This document shows, one piece after another, positions 42,931-52,201 of a DNA stretch of 64,000 nucleotides (the stretch's first letter is position 1; each line of letters starts with the position of its first letter). A program made the position numbers and the translations under genes. The stretch covers positions 235,873-299,872 of the forward strand of contig CAXXVO010000012.1 in assembly GCA_963422645.2 (NCBI GenBank). Direction: 5' to 3'. This stretch comes from Alphaproteobacteria bacterium. Its GTDB lineage: Bacteria; Pseudomonadota; Alphaproteobacteria; UBA828. The notes beneath the pieces are model-generated. The model worked only from the letters and a program-made list of their open reading frames with translations. It was not told the DNA's origin and did no database searches.

Positions 42931-43049
42931 CTCCCCCACCACCCCGTCCGTCCAAACGACGAGGTGTGTTCATGGACACAAATCCAAGGGGGTCAATTTT
43001 GGACGCCGATCACCCCCAATAGGGGGTCACTTTTCCACGCTTAACAACA

Positions 43050-43489
43050 CCCAGACCGGCAAGCTCACCTCGGCGGCCATCGACGCCCGCGACTTCATGC
43101 GGGCGAGAAAGGACCGCGAGACCCGCGCGCACCTGCCCGAGGGAACGCTGGTCGCCATCGCGGGCGGCAAGCACGTCTCGGACGCCGGCGCCGTCATCGC
43201 GCGCCTCGACAAGGTGAAGGCGAAGTACGCGGACATCATCCTCGTGCACGGCGGCGGACCCGGCGTCGAGCGCATCGCCGCGCAGTGGGCCGAGCGCAAC
43301 GGCATCCACCAGGTGGTGTGCAAGCCCGACTGGAACGCACACGGACGGGCCGCACCGTTCCGGCGCAACGACGCGCTGCTGAACCTCCTGCCGAAGGGCG
43401 TCATCGCCTTCCCCGGCTCCGGCATCACCGACAACCTCGTCGACAAGGCCGTCGCGCTCGGCATCCCGGTCCAGCGCGTCGCCGCCTGA
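43050..43489 (+). pseudogene. C-terminal fragment of a DUF2493 (SLOG/YspA-like) protein, 5' part lost at the IS21 end
   Basis: LVHGG..GVERIAAQWA, KPDW..HGRAAPFRRND, FPGSGIT; frame is open up to the IS end. Confidence 0.7.
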
Positions 43490-43505
43490 GCCGCATCGCC
43501 ACCAC

Positions 43506-43544
43506 GGGCCGCGTCGCCACTCCGGCGGCGCGGTCCCCCTTTTT
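43506..43544 (+). terminator. Rho-independent terminator candidate
   Basis: GGGCCGCGTCGCC-ACTCC-GGCGGCGCGGTCC hairpin followed within a few bases by TTTTT. Confidence 0.6.
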
Positions 43545-44354
43545 GGTCGGACACCGCGACCGCCACCCGCCTTCGCTTCGCGCGTCGCCTGCGGCGCCGC
43601 GCTCCGCGGCGGCTCCGCCGCTCCTTCCCCGCAGACCGCTCGCCAGACGACGATGATGTTCCCCCGCATCGTGCCGGTGTCGCCGACTCCGATGCCAGCG
43701 CTGCGGTCGATGGTGACGAGGATGCTGCTGCCGGCGGTGTTGCCGGTGCTGGTCATTCCGCCGGTGCCGAAGATGCTGACCGGTGTGCCGGACGGTAAGG
43801 TGAATCTGGGCGCGTCGCTTCGCGACCGGGCTACCCTGCCGAGCCCGCTGCGCAGTCTCGGCCCTGCGGGCGGGTATCCCTCGCGCCTCCACTCCCTTCG
43901 GTCGCTGCGCGCTCCGCTTGCCCGGCGGCTCGCTGCGCTCACCGCCGTTGCCGGTCCGCCACCGTCGTCGTCATCATCGACGGCATCGGTCGCTCGACCG
44001 CCGTATGCTCCTCGCGACGGCGCTGCGCGCCGTGCTCGTCGCAGTGCTCGCCTCGCTCGCTCTGGCCGGCTGCGGGCATCCCCTCGGGACCGTCGCGGCA
44101 GCACTCCGTGCGTCGCCGGTGCCCGCTTCGCCGCGCACCGCGCTCCGCACTACGCCGTGCAGTCGTGTCCGCACCAGTGTGGACACTTCCACCCGAGCCT
44201 CCGGCAGCGTGCTGCGCACGACTGCCTGCGGCTCCAGCCGCACCGCCGCCCGCTCACGCGCCGCGGCGGCTCCCCTCCGCCGGGTTCCCCGGCGTCGATT
44301 CCCCCTTCCGATCATGCCGCTCGGTTCGGTCTCCCTTGACCGCTGAGCGGCTGT

Positions 44355-44385
44355 ATTCTCACACCACACGCAGCAGGCTGCCGGT
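44355..44385 (-). other. Putative MOB-F oriT nick region
   Basis: Minus strand GCAGC-CT-GCTGCGTGTGGTGT^GAG resembles F nic (TGCGTGGGGTGT^GG) preceded by a short inverted repeat. Confidence 0.55.
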
Positions 44386-44793
44386 GTAGCCCAACCGCGC
44401 GCCTGTCATATATCCCCTGCGTGTTCAACGACATGAGGCGACAGGCGCTTGCCGGGAAAAGTTGTCAGCGATCGGTAGCGCGGAGCACTCAGTTTGAGTT
44501 CTGAAATTCACCCGTCGTATCAAAGCCTTGCGAGCCGTGCGCCCGATCGGGCGCACGGCGTGTCACGGAGCATGCGCGTCGGTCGAGGAGACTTCCTATG
44601 GAGCACTCAATCTGACTGCGCGCCCGGTTGCGCTCGCTGTTGACGGCGCTCAATCTGACTACGACACCGAAGACGTCTTGGGTCGCCCCAATCGCACCGA
44701 GCCAAGTCTGTCGATACACCGATCGCTACGAATTCCGGCGAAGCTGTCGTACCGTACCGTGATCGAAGTTGGGCAAGAAAATTCGAGAAAGCG

Positions 44794-45144
44794 ATGGCGG
44801 ATACGTTGACGAGGACCATCCGGGTCACGCCGGAGCAATGGGAGCGCATCGAAAAGATCGCCAAAGATCGAGATGTTTCGGCGAACCGGCTCGTGGTCGA
44901 GCTCGTCATGGAGGCCCTCGACCAGCGCGAATGGCCGCGCACGGAGCTCGATATCCAGGTTGCGAAGGCCGCGCTGTTTGCCGCCCAGGTCCTGCGGCGC
45001 GATCTCATCGCGGCCGGACGCAAGGATGAGGTCGAGGAAATTCTGAAGTTCGTTTCGACATTGGTGCCCGAGTCCGCCGCCAACCCGCCGGTGTCGCCAA
45101 GCTCGCCCGCGTCACGATTCGATCCGAAACAAGGTTCCGAGTAG
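44794..45144 (+). CDS. Ribbon-helix-helix protein, probable relaxosome accessory factor
   Basis: TRTIRVTPEQWERIEKIAKDRDVSANRLV RHH pattern; adjacent to the oriT candidate. Confidence 0.6.
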   Translation: MADTLTRTIRVTPEQWERIEKIAKDRDVSANRLVVELVMEALDQREWPRTELDIQVAKAALFAAQVLRRDLIAAGRKDEVEEILKFVSTLVPESAANPPVSPSSPASRFDPKQGSE

Positions 45145-45301
45145 CTGGAACGACTCGTCCCGGGGCTCCGGCGCGATGGCACGACGCACGCGACGCGTCT
45201 TCCGTATCCCTCCGTGCAGGCTCGGAATTGATTGTGTCCGGCGTTGCATCGCGATAGTCTTGCCACTAGATTTCTGACAGATTGAGCATGGAGATACGAT
45301 C

Positions 45302-45898
45302 ATGCGCGGCCTTTCCCGTCGCATCATGGAGCATGCCGAGGCCCTGCCGGAGGCCACGCCGCTGTGTCCGGCCGCCCTGTTGCACCTCGGCAACCGGGCG
45401 GCCGTCGACCAGGCCTTGTCGCGCCTCGCGCGCTCGGGCCACCTCATGCGGATCTGCCAGGGCGTCTACATGCGCCCGATCGAGACCCGGTTCGGCGTTC
45501 GGGCGCCCCGGGTTGCCAAGGCGATCGCCGCGCTGTCGCAGATGTGGGGCGAAACGATCGTGCCGTGCGGCGGCGCGGCGGCCAATTGCCTGCGCCTCAC
45601 CACGCAGAATCCGGTCCGTGCGGTCTACCTCACCTCCGGTCCCAACCGACGGCTGCACTTCGGCTCGTCCGTTGTCGAGCTGCGTCGCGCGCCGCGCTGG
45701 CAGCTGGCGGCGCCGCACCGAAAGGCGGGCGACGTCATCCGCGCCCTCGCATGGCTCGGTCCCGAAGAGATCGAGGATGGCCTCGAAGCGGTTCTGAAGA
45801 CGCTCTCCGAGGCGGACCGGGAAGAGCTTGCGGCCGCGCGGGCCATCATGCCGATCTGGATGGCGGAGCCGGTGAGCGCGCGCCTTGCGCATGGCTGA
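45302..45898 (+). CDS. DUF6088 / AbiEi-like type IV antitoxin
   Basis: RAAVDQALSRL...GVY, GAAANCLRLTTQNP, YLTSG. Confidence 0.82.
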   Translation: MRGLSRRIMEHAEALPEATPLCPAALLHLGNRAAVDQALSRLARSGHLMRICQGVYMRPIETRFGVRAPRVAKAIAALSQMWGETIVPCGGAAANCLRLTTQNPVRAVYLTSGPNRRLHFGSSVVELRRAPRWQLAAPHRKAGDVIRALAWLGPEEIEDGLEAVLKTLSEADREELAAARAIMPIWMAEPVSARLAHG

Positions 45899-46922
45899 GC
45901 AGGCATTCCAGAACCTCTCGCCCGACGACAGGCGCGACGCTCTTGAGGTGGCGGAGCGAGGCGGCAGCCGCAAGGCGCATCTTCTGGAGAAGGACGTCTG
46001 GGTCGTCGCAACGCTCGGCGTTTTGTTCGACGCGCCGTTCGCCGAACACCTGACCTTCAAGGGCGGCACGTCGCTGTCGAAGGTGTGGCGCGCGATCCGC
46101 CGTTTCTCGGAAGATGTCGACGTCACCTACGACATCCGCGCCTTCGCGTCGGACCTGGTGGCCGGCGCTGGTGACGAAGCGCTTCCGCCGACACGCAGCC
46201 AGGAGAAGCACTGGACGCGAGCTATTCGTGGCCGTCTCGCACAATGGGTCCGGGACGAGGCCTGCCTCATTGTTGACGAAGGCCTCTCCGATGCCGGATT
46301 CGTGGCAAGGTGCAGAGTGGAAGCGGAGCGTCTCTACGTCGCGTACGAACCGTTGTTCGAGACAAGCGGCTTTGTCGCCCCGGAAGTCATCGTCGAGTTC
46401 GGCGCACGGTCCACGGGTGAACCGCGCAAGGCGATGCCGATCGTGTGCGATGCGGCGGCATACCTGCCTGATCTTGTCTTTCCGCAGACGCACCCCACCG
46501 TCATGCTGGCGAAGCGGACCTTCTGGGAAAAAGCGACCGCGATTCACGTCTTCTGCCGCCAGGAGCGGCGCCGGGGCGAGCGTCTGTCGCGGCACTGGCA
46601 CGATCTCGCACGCCTCGACGAGGCGGGCATTGCCGATAACGCCTTGGCCGATCGCGCGCTCGCGCTTTCGGTTGCCCGCCACAAAGCGATGTTCTTCACC
46701 GAGAACGACGCCCGCGGCGACCGGATCGACTATGAAGCGGCGGTTTCGGGGCACCTTCAGCTCGTTCCCTCCGGCGCCGCCCACGCCGTGCTCGCGGACG
46801 ACTACGCGAGAATGCTGGCCGACGGCATGCTGATCGACGAGGAAGAGCTGTTCGATACGCTGATGGAGCGATGCGCCGCGATCGAGGCGCGGGCCAACGG
46901 ATCGCGGTTAGAGAGCGGATAA
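45891..46922 (+). CDS. AbiEii/AbiGii nucleotidyltransferase toxin
   Basis: EKD.WV, FKGGTSLSK, RFSEDVD, RTFWEK, SRHWHD. Confidence 0.9.
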   Translation: MAEQAFQNLSPDDRRDALEVAERGGSRKAHLLEKDVWVVATLGVLFDAPFAEHLTFKGGTSLSKVWRAIRRFSEDVDVTYDIRAFASDLVAGAGDEALPPTRSQEKHWTRAIRGRLAQWVRDEACLIVDEGLSDAGFVARCRVEAERLYVAYEPLFETSGFVAPEVIVEFGARSTGEPRKAMPIVCDAAAYLPDLVFPQTHPTVMLAKRTFWEKATAIHVFCRQERRRGERLSRHWHDLARLDEAGIADNALADRALALSVARHKAMFFTENDARGDRIDYEAAVSGHLQLVPSGAAHAVLADDYARMLADGMLIDEEELFDTLMERCAAIEARANGSRLESG

Positions 46923-49900
46923 TGGACGTATTCGCCTTTCGTGAAGAACTTGTCGCCGAGTACGAGCGGTTTTCCCGGAGCTTCACCAGCATTCGGGCCG
47001 AGGACATCTCCCGCGAGGTCGATGCGGCCTATGCCGGAGGCCGTTTCTGGCCCGCCCCGCTCATCCAGTTGAATCCGAACTTCGAGCCCGGCGGATGGGT
47101 GGACGACCTCGTCGCCGACGGCGCTCTCGACGCGGAATGCCAGAGGATTTTCCGGCTCAAGCACGCCAGCGACACTTTCGGCGAACGCCTTCTGCTGCAT
47201 CGGCATCAAGCCGACGCCATCGAGATCGCCAAACGAAACGAGAGCTACGTGCTGACGACCGGCACCGGCTCCGGCAAATCGCTCGCCTACTTCATCCCCA
47301 TCGTCGACGATGTGTTGCGACGGAAACGCGCCGGCGACGCCGGCAGGGGCATCGCCGCCATCGTCGTCTACCCGATGAACGCGCTTTGCAACAGCCAGCG
47401 CGAAGAGCTGGAGAAGTATCTGCGGCTCGGCTATGGCGAAGGCGGGGAGCCGGTCACCTTCGCTCGCTACACCGGACAGGAATCGCAGGAGGAACGCGAG
47501 CGGATCGCGAAGAACCCTCCCGACATTCTCCTCACCAACTACGTCATGCTCGAACTGCTCATGACGCGGTTCCACGAGACCGACAAGGCGGTCCGCGAAC
47601 ACGCTGCGGGTCTCCGGTTCCTGGTGCTGGACGAGTTGCACACCTACCGCGGGCGGCAGGGCGCCGACGTCGCCATGCTGGTACGCCGCGTGCGGGAACG
47701 GTTCAACGAGCGGCTTCTCTGTATCGGTACTTCCGCGACCATGGTCTCGGAAGGATCGCCGGAAGATCGGAACGTCGCCGTTGCGCGCATTGCGAGCCGC
47801 CTGTTTGGCGCCAAGGTCGATCCCGGCAACGTCGTTTCCGAGACGCTGAGGCCCGTAACCTACCGCGATGCGGGCGCAAACGGACCCGATCTGCGGGCCG
47901 CCATCGAACGAGGGATACCGGCGACCCCCACCCACGACGAGTTGTCCACACATCCTGTGGCGGCCTGGGTGGAGCGCAAGCTGGGTCTGGAAGAGCGCGG
48001 CGACAGGTTTGAGCGGATTTCTCGGCCCCTGACGATACTCGAAGCCTCGGACGCTCTCGCGGGAGACAGCGGTCTCGACGCGAAGCGCTGCCGCGACTAT
48101 CTCGCGAACTTCCTGTTGACGGCCCACCGGAGTCGGAACGAGCGAGGCCAGAGTTTCTTCGCGTTCCGGCTGCATCAGTTCATCAGCGGCGCCTGGAACG
48201 CCTACTCGACACTCGAAGCACCGGGCGAGCGGTATCTCACCCTGCACGGTCAGCAGTTCAAGCCCGGAGACCGCAACCGGCCTCTCTATTCACTCTGCTT
48301 CTGCCGGGCATGCGGTCAGGAATACCTGCCCGTCTGGGCAAGGTTGGCCGGCAAGCAGCCGCAGGCGTTCGCCCCCCGCGATCTCTCCGAACGCTCCAAC
48401 GACGACGAAGACATCCAGTTCGGCTATCTCATGCCCGACCCTTCGGGAATGTTCGATCCTGCGGATACTGAAAACCAGTACCCGGAGGACTGGCTCGAGT
48501 TCCGTGGCGACGAGCCCCGGCTCAAATCCCATTTCCGCCGCTACCGTCCCCACGGCGTGCGGGTGGATACCCAAGGCGGTGTCGCCGCGGATGGATTGCC
48601 CGCGTGGTTCATTCCGGGATCGTTCCGTTTCTGTCAGAACCCGGATTGCGACGCGCACTACGACGGCAGTATGCGGAGCGACATGACCAAGCTCTCCGGT
48701 CTGTCGAGCGAGGGCCGAAGCTCCGCGACAACCGTTCTGGCGCTGTCCTCGCTCAAGCATCTCATCGGCGCCGACCTCGACGAGCGCACCAAGAAGCTCT
48801 TGGCCTTCACCGACAACCGTCAGGACGCCAGCCTCCAAGCGGGCCATTTCAACGACTTCGTACAGATCCTGCTGCTGCGCGGTGCGCTGCTTGCGGCAAT
48901 TCGAGGCGATGTCGGGGGACTTCTGACCGACGACCTCCTGACCCAGGAGGTGCTCGCCCGCCTGCGCCTGGATGCAGCGGACTACGCGGCCAATCCCGAG
49001 GCCAAGGGCATCAAGGCCCAGAACACGCTCAGGGCGCTGCGCGACGTTCTCGGCTACCGGCTCTACTTCGATCTGCAGCGCGGCTGGCGCATCACCAACC
49101 CGAACCTCGAACAGTTGAAGCTGCTGGAGATCGGCTACCGGGGTCTCATGGACTGCTGCGAGGACGAGGAGGAATGGTGCGGAGTGCATCCCCTGCTCGG
49201 TTCCATCGCGCCAGAGCGCCGTTTCGAGATCGTCCGGGAGCTTCTGGAGCGCATGCGCAGAGCGCTCTGCATCAAGACGATCTATCTGGATCCGAACTTT
49301 CAGGAACAGATACGCAATCGAAGCTTCAACGAGCTGAAGGAGCCTTGGGGCCTGTCGGAGGACGAACGCCTGTTCTCCCACGCTTTCATGGTTGCCCGGC
49401 CGGGCGGCCGTGGGCGTCGGACGGACTATCGCGTTCTGAATATCTCTCATCGGTCCGCGTTCGGCCGGAAGGTGAAGTCCCAGGCGTTCTGGGGACAGGA
49501 CAATCCCTGCTATCCATCCAGGTTCGACGAGGACGTCTACAACGACGTGGTGGACGACATCCTGCGCGTGCTGACGACCTACGGCTATGTCGAGCCCACA
49601 GACCTCGACGGCGACCGCATCGGTTTCCGCATCGACAGTTCGGTTCTCGAATGGCGCATCGCCGACGACACCGGTGCGGACCAGGGTCCAGCCAATGCGT
49701 TCTTCCGCGACCTCTACGAGAATGTGGCGGGACTCCTCGACAGCGACGATCGCCTTCTTCACCAACTGGAGGCGCGAGAACACACCGCGCAGGTGGATGC
49801 AGAAGCCCGTGAGGAACGAGAACTGCGTTTCCGCAAGGGACTGTCAGGCGAGCGCGTCGTCGACGGCAAGGTGGAACCGGCCGGACTTCCCGTCCTCTTC

Positions 49901-52183
49901 TGCTCGCCGACCATGGAACTCGGTGTCGACATCTCCACGCTGAACGCGGTCTACATGCGCAATGTGCCGCCGACGCCCGCGAATTACGCCCAGCGAAGCG
50001 GACGCGCAGGGCGCAGCGGCCAGCCGGCGCTGGTTGTCACCTACTGCGCGGCGAGGTCGCCGCACGACCAGTATTTCTTCTCCGATCCGACCCGCATGGT
50101 AGCCGGCGCGGTCAATCCTCCGAACATCGACCTCGCCAATGAAGACCTGATCCGCAGCCATTTGCAGGCCGTCTGGCTCTCGGAAACGGGCGTCATGCTC
50201 GGCTCTTCCGTACGCGATGTGCTCGATCGGGAGAAGCCCGACAAGTTGCCTCTGCACGACGAGGTCGCGGAACAGATCGGCAGCGCCCGGGCCGTGGCCG
50301 AGGCGCAACGACGCGGGCAACGCATTCTCGCGACGCTCGGGTCCGACCTCTCTGGGCGGGCCGCGCCCTGGTACACGGACATTTGGCTCAAGAGCGCGAC
50401 GAACTCCGCGGACCGCCGCTTCGATGACGCTTTCGGCCGGTGGCGCTCGCTCTTCCGCGCGACAACGAACCAGATGAAGTTCGCCAACGATGTCGTCAAC
50501 AACGCTGCAGCAACCGAACGGGAGCGCCGGGAAGCCAAGGCGCGCTACGACGAAGCGTTTACCCAGCAGAACCTGCTGCTCCACAGCAAACCGACCATGA
50601 ACTCCGACTTCTACACCTACCGCTACCTGGCCGCCGAGGGGTTCCTGCCGGGCTACAACTTCCCGCGCCTGCCGCTGATGGCCTTCGTTCCCGGCCGGCG
50701 CGAGAAGGTGGCCCGGGATTCATTTCTGAGCCGGCCGCGGTTCCTCGGACTCACCGAGTTCGGCCCTCAATCCATCATCTACCACGAGGGCAGCACCTAT
50801 CGCGTACGGCGCGCCATTCTATCCAGTCGCGGCGATGAGTCCGGGGTGACCGCATCGGCCAGTCTCCCGGTGCAGGCCGCCCGCATCTGTCCCGCGTGCG
50901 GCTATGGACACTTCGGCGATCAGAAGGAGTACGAGCGCTGCGTCAGCTGCGACGAACGTCTCGACAGCGGGCGCGCGATCTTGAACCTCTACCGCATCGA
51001 ACAGGTGTCCACCCAGAGGGCGAACCGCATCACCTCGGACGAGGAAGAACGCCAGCGCCAGGGTTACGAGATGGTCACGACGCTTCGCTTCAGCGAAGAG
51101 AACGGCCGGGCGCGGGTCGAGGGCGTCGCCGTCGAGGAGAACGGCGAGACGCTGCTGGAACTGCGCTACGGCCCGGCCGCCACGCTGTGGCGCATCAATC
51201 TCGGGTGGCGCCGCCGCGAGGAGAAGTCGGTCTACGGCTTCAGCGTCGATGCCAACACCGGCGAATGGACCCGCGACTCGCAGGCGCCCACCGACGCGGA
51301 AGACGATAGCGTGCGTGACGGCAAAACCGTCGAGCGTATCACGCCATACGTCGAAGACACCCGCAACGTCCTCGTTCTCCGTCCGGCGATCGACCTGACC
51401 GAGACGGCCATGGTGTCGCTGCAATACGCAATCAAGCGCGGCATCGAGCAGGAGTTCCAGCTGGAGGAAGCGGAGCTCGCCGCCGAGCCGCTCCCCGACC
51501 GCGACGACCGGAGCACGATCCTGTTCTACGAGGCCGCCGAAGGCGGCGCGGGCGTCCTCACCCGCCTGGCCAGCGACCCCGGCGCGCTGGCGCGGATCGC
51601 CCGCAAGGCGCTCGAAGTCTGCCATTACGCATCGCGGTCGGGAGACTGGACCGGATGGAATGACCTCGACAATCGCGACGACGAATGCGAAGCCGGCTGC
51701 TATCGATGTCTGCTCAGCTACTACAACCAGCCGGACCATCCGCAGATCGACCGGCAGGACGAGGGCATGCTCGACCTGCTCTGCCGGTTGACGCGCGGCG
51801 AACGCAGCAGCCTCGACCATACGCCGGGTGCCGGCGACAGCTTCGACGAGTTGTGGAACATCGCCGGCTCGAGTCTGGAAAAGGACTGGCTGACATACAT
51901 CAGGAAGAACGGATACCGCCTGCCCGACCGGGGACAGCCCTACCTCGAGGACTTCGATACCCGGCCCGACTTCGCGTATACCGGCGATCAGACCCTGATC
52001 TATATCGACGGACCTCACCATCGCGCGCAGCGCAAAGGAACCGAAGACGCCGAGGTGACCCGGCGGCTCGAAGACGCGGGATTCACGGTCGTGCGATTCA
52101 CCGAGGACAGCGCGTCATGGGATCCTGTCTTCGACGAGTACGGCTGGGTCTTCGCGCCGGGCACGACATCGGCAGCCGAATAA
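46922..52183 (+). CDS. Large DEAD/DEAH (YprA/DrmAB-like) helicase with DUF1998 Zn domain and C-terminal DUF559-like endonuclease
   Basis: TGTGSGKS, YPMNAL, DELHTY, TSAT, SPTMELGVDI, QRSGRAGR, C..GCYRCLLSYYNQ, RPDF...IYIDGPHH. Confidence 0.88.
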   Translation: MDVFAFREELVAEYERFSRSFTSIRAEDISREVDAAYAGGRFWPAPLIQLNPNFEPGGWVDDLVADGALDAECQRIFRLKHASDTFGERLLLHRHQADAIEIAKRNESYVLTTGTGSGKSLAYFIPIVDDVLRRKRAGDAGRGIAAIVVYPMNALCNSQREELEKYLRLGYGEGGEPVTFARYTGQESQEERERIAKNPPDILLTNYVMLELLMTRFHETDKAVREHAAGLRFLVLDELHTYRGRQGADVAMLVRRVRERFNERLLCIGTSATMVSEGSPEDRNVAVARIASRLFGAKVDPGNVVSETLRPVTYRDAGANGPDLRAAIERGIPATPTHDELSTHPVAAWVERKLGLEERGDRFERISRPLTILEASDALAGDSGLDAKRCRDYLANFLLTAHRSRNERGQSFFAFRLHQFISGAWNAYSTLEAPGERYLTLHGQQFKPGDRNRPLYSLCFCRACGQEYLPVWARLAGKQPQAFAPRDLSERSNDDEDIQFGYLMPDPSGMFDPADTENQYPEDWLEFRGDEPRLKSHFRRYRPHGVRVDTQGGVAADGLPAWFIPGSFRFCQNPDCDAHYDGSMRSDMTKLSGLSSEGRSSATTVLALSSLKHLIGADLDERTKKLLAFTDNRQDASLQAGHFNDFVQILLLRGALLAAIRGDVGGLLTDDLLTQEVLARLRLDAADYAANPEAKGIKAQNTLRALRDVLGYRLYFDLQRGWRITNPNLEQLKLLEIGYRGLMDCCEDEEEWCGVHPLLGSIAPERRFEIVRELLERMRRALCIKTIYLDPNFQEQIRNRSFNELKEPWGLSEDERLFSHAFMVARPGGRGRRTDYRVLNISHRSAFGRKVKSQAFWGQDNPCYPSRFDEDVYNDVVDDILRVLTTYGYVEPTDLDGDRIGFRIDSSVLEWRIADDTGADQGPANAFFRDLYENVAGLLDSDDRLLHQLEAREHTAQVDAEAREERELRFRKGLSGERVVDGKVEPAGLPVLFCSPTMELGVDISTLNAVYMRNVPPTPANYAQRSGRAGRSGQPALVVTYCAARSPHDQYFFSDPTRMVAGAVNPPNIDLANEDLIRSHLQAVWLSETGVMLGSSVRDVLDREKPDKLPLHDEVAEQIGSARAVAEAQRRGQRILATLGSDLSGRAAPWYTDIWLKSATNSADRRFDDAFGRWRSLFRATTNQMKFANDVVNNAAATERERREAKARYDEAFTQQNLLLHSKPTMNSDFYTYRYLAAEGFLPGYNFPRLPLMAFVPGRREKVARDSFLSRPRFLGLTEFGPQSIIYHEGSTYRVRRAILSSRGDESGVTASASLPVQAARICPACGYGHFGDQKEYERCVSCDERLDSGRAILNLYRIEQVSTQRANRITSDEEERQRQGYEMVTTLRFSEENGRARVEGVAVEENGETLLELRYGPAATLWRINLGWRRREEKSVYGFSVDANTGEWTRDSQAPTDAEDDSVRDGKTVERITPYVEDTRNVLVLRPAIDLTETAMVSLQYAIKRGIEQEFQLEEAELAAEPLPDRDDRSTILFYEAAEGGAGVLTRLASDPGALARIARKALEVCHYASRSGDWTGWNDLDNRDDECEAGCYRCLLSYYNQPDHPQIDRQDEGMLDLLCRLTRGERSSLDHTPGAGDSFDELWNIAGSSLEKDWLTYIRKNGYRLPDRGQPYLEDFDTRPDFAYTGDQTLIYIDGPHHRAQRKGTEDAEVTRRLEDAGFTVVRFTEDSASWDPVFDEYGWVFAPGTTSAAE

Positions 52184-52201
52184 GGAGCGGAAAAGAGGTC
52201 G

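Larger units (their letters stand above)
40499..43049 (-). mobile_element. IS21 family insertion sequence
   Basis: TG...CA ends (TGTCAATCGGCTTTCAATACTGACCCC / TGTTGTTAAGCGTGGAAAAGTGACCCC) with repeated TGACCCC subterminal motifs; istA-istB. Confidence 0.9.
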
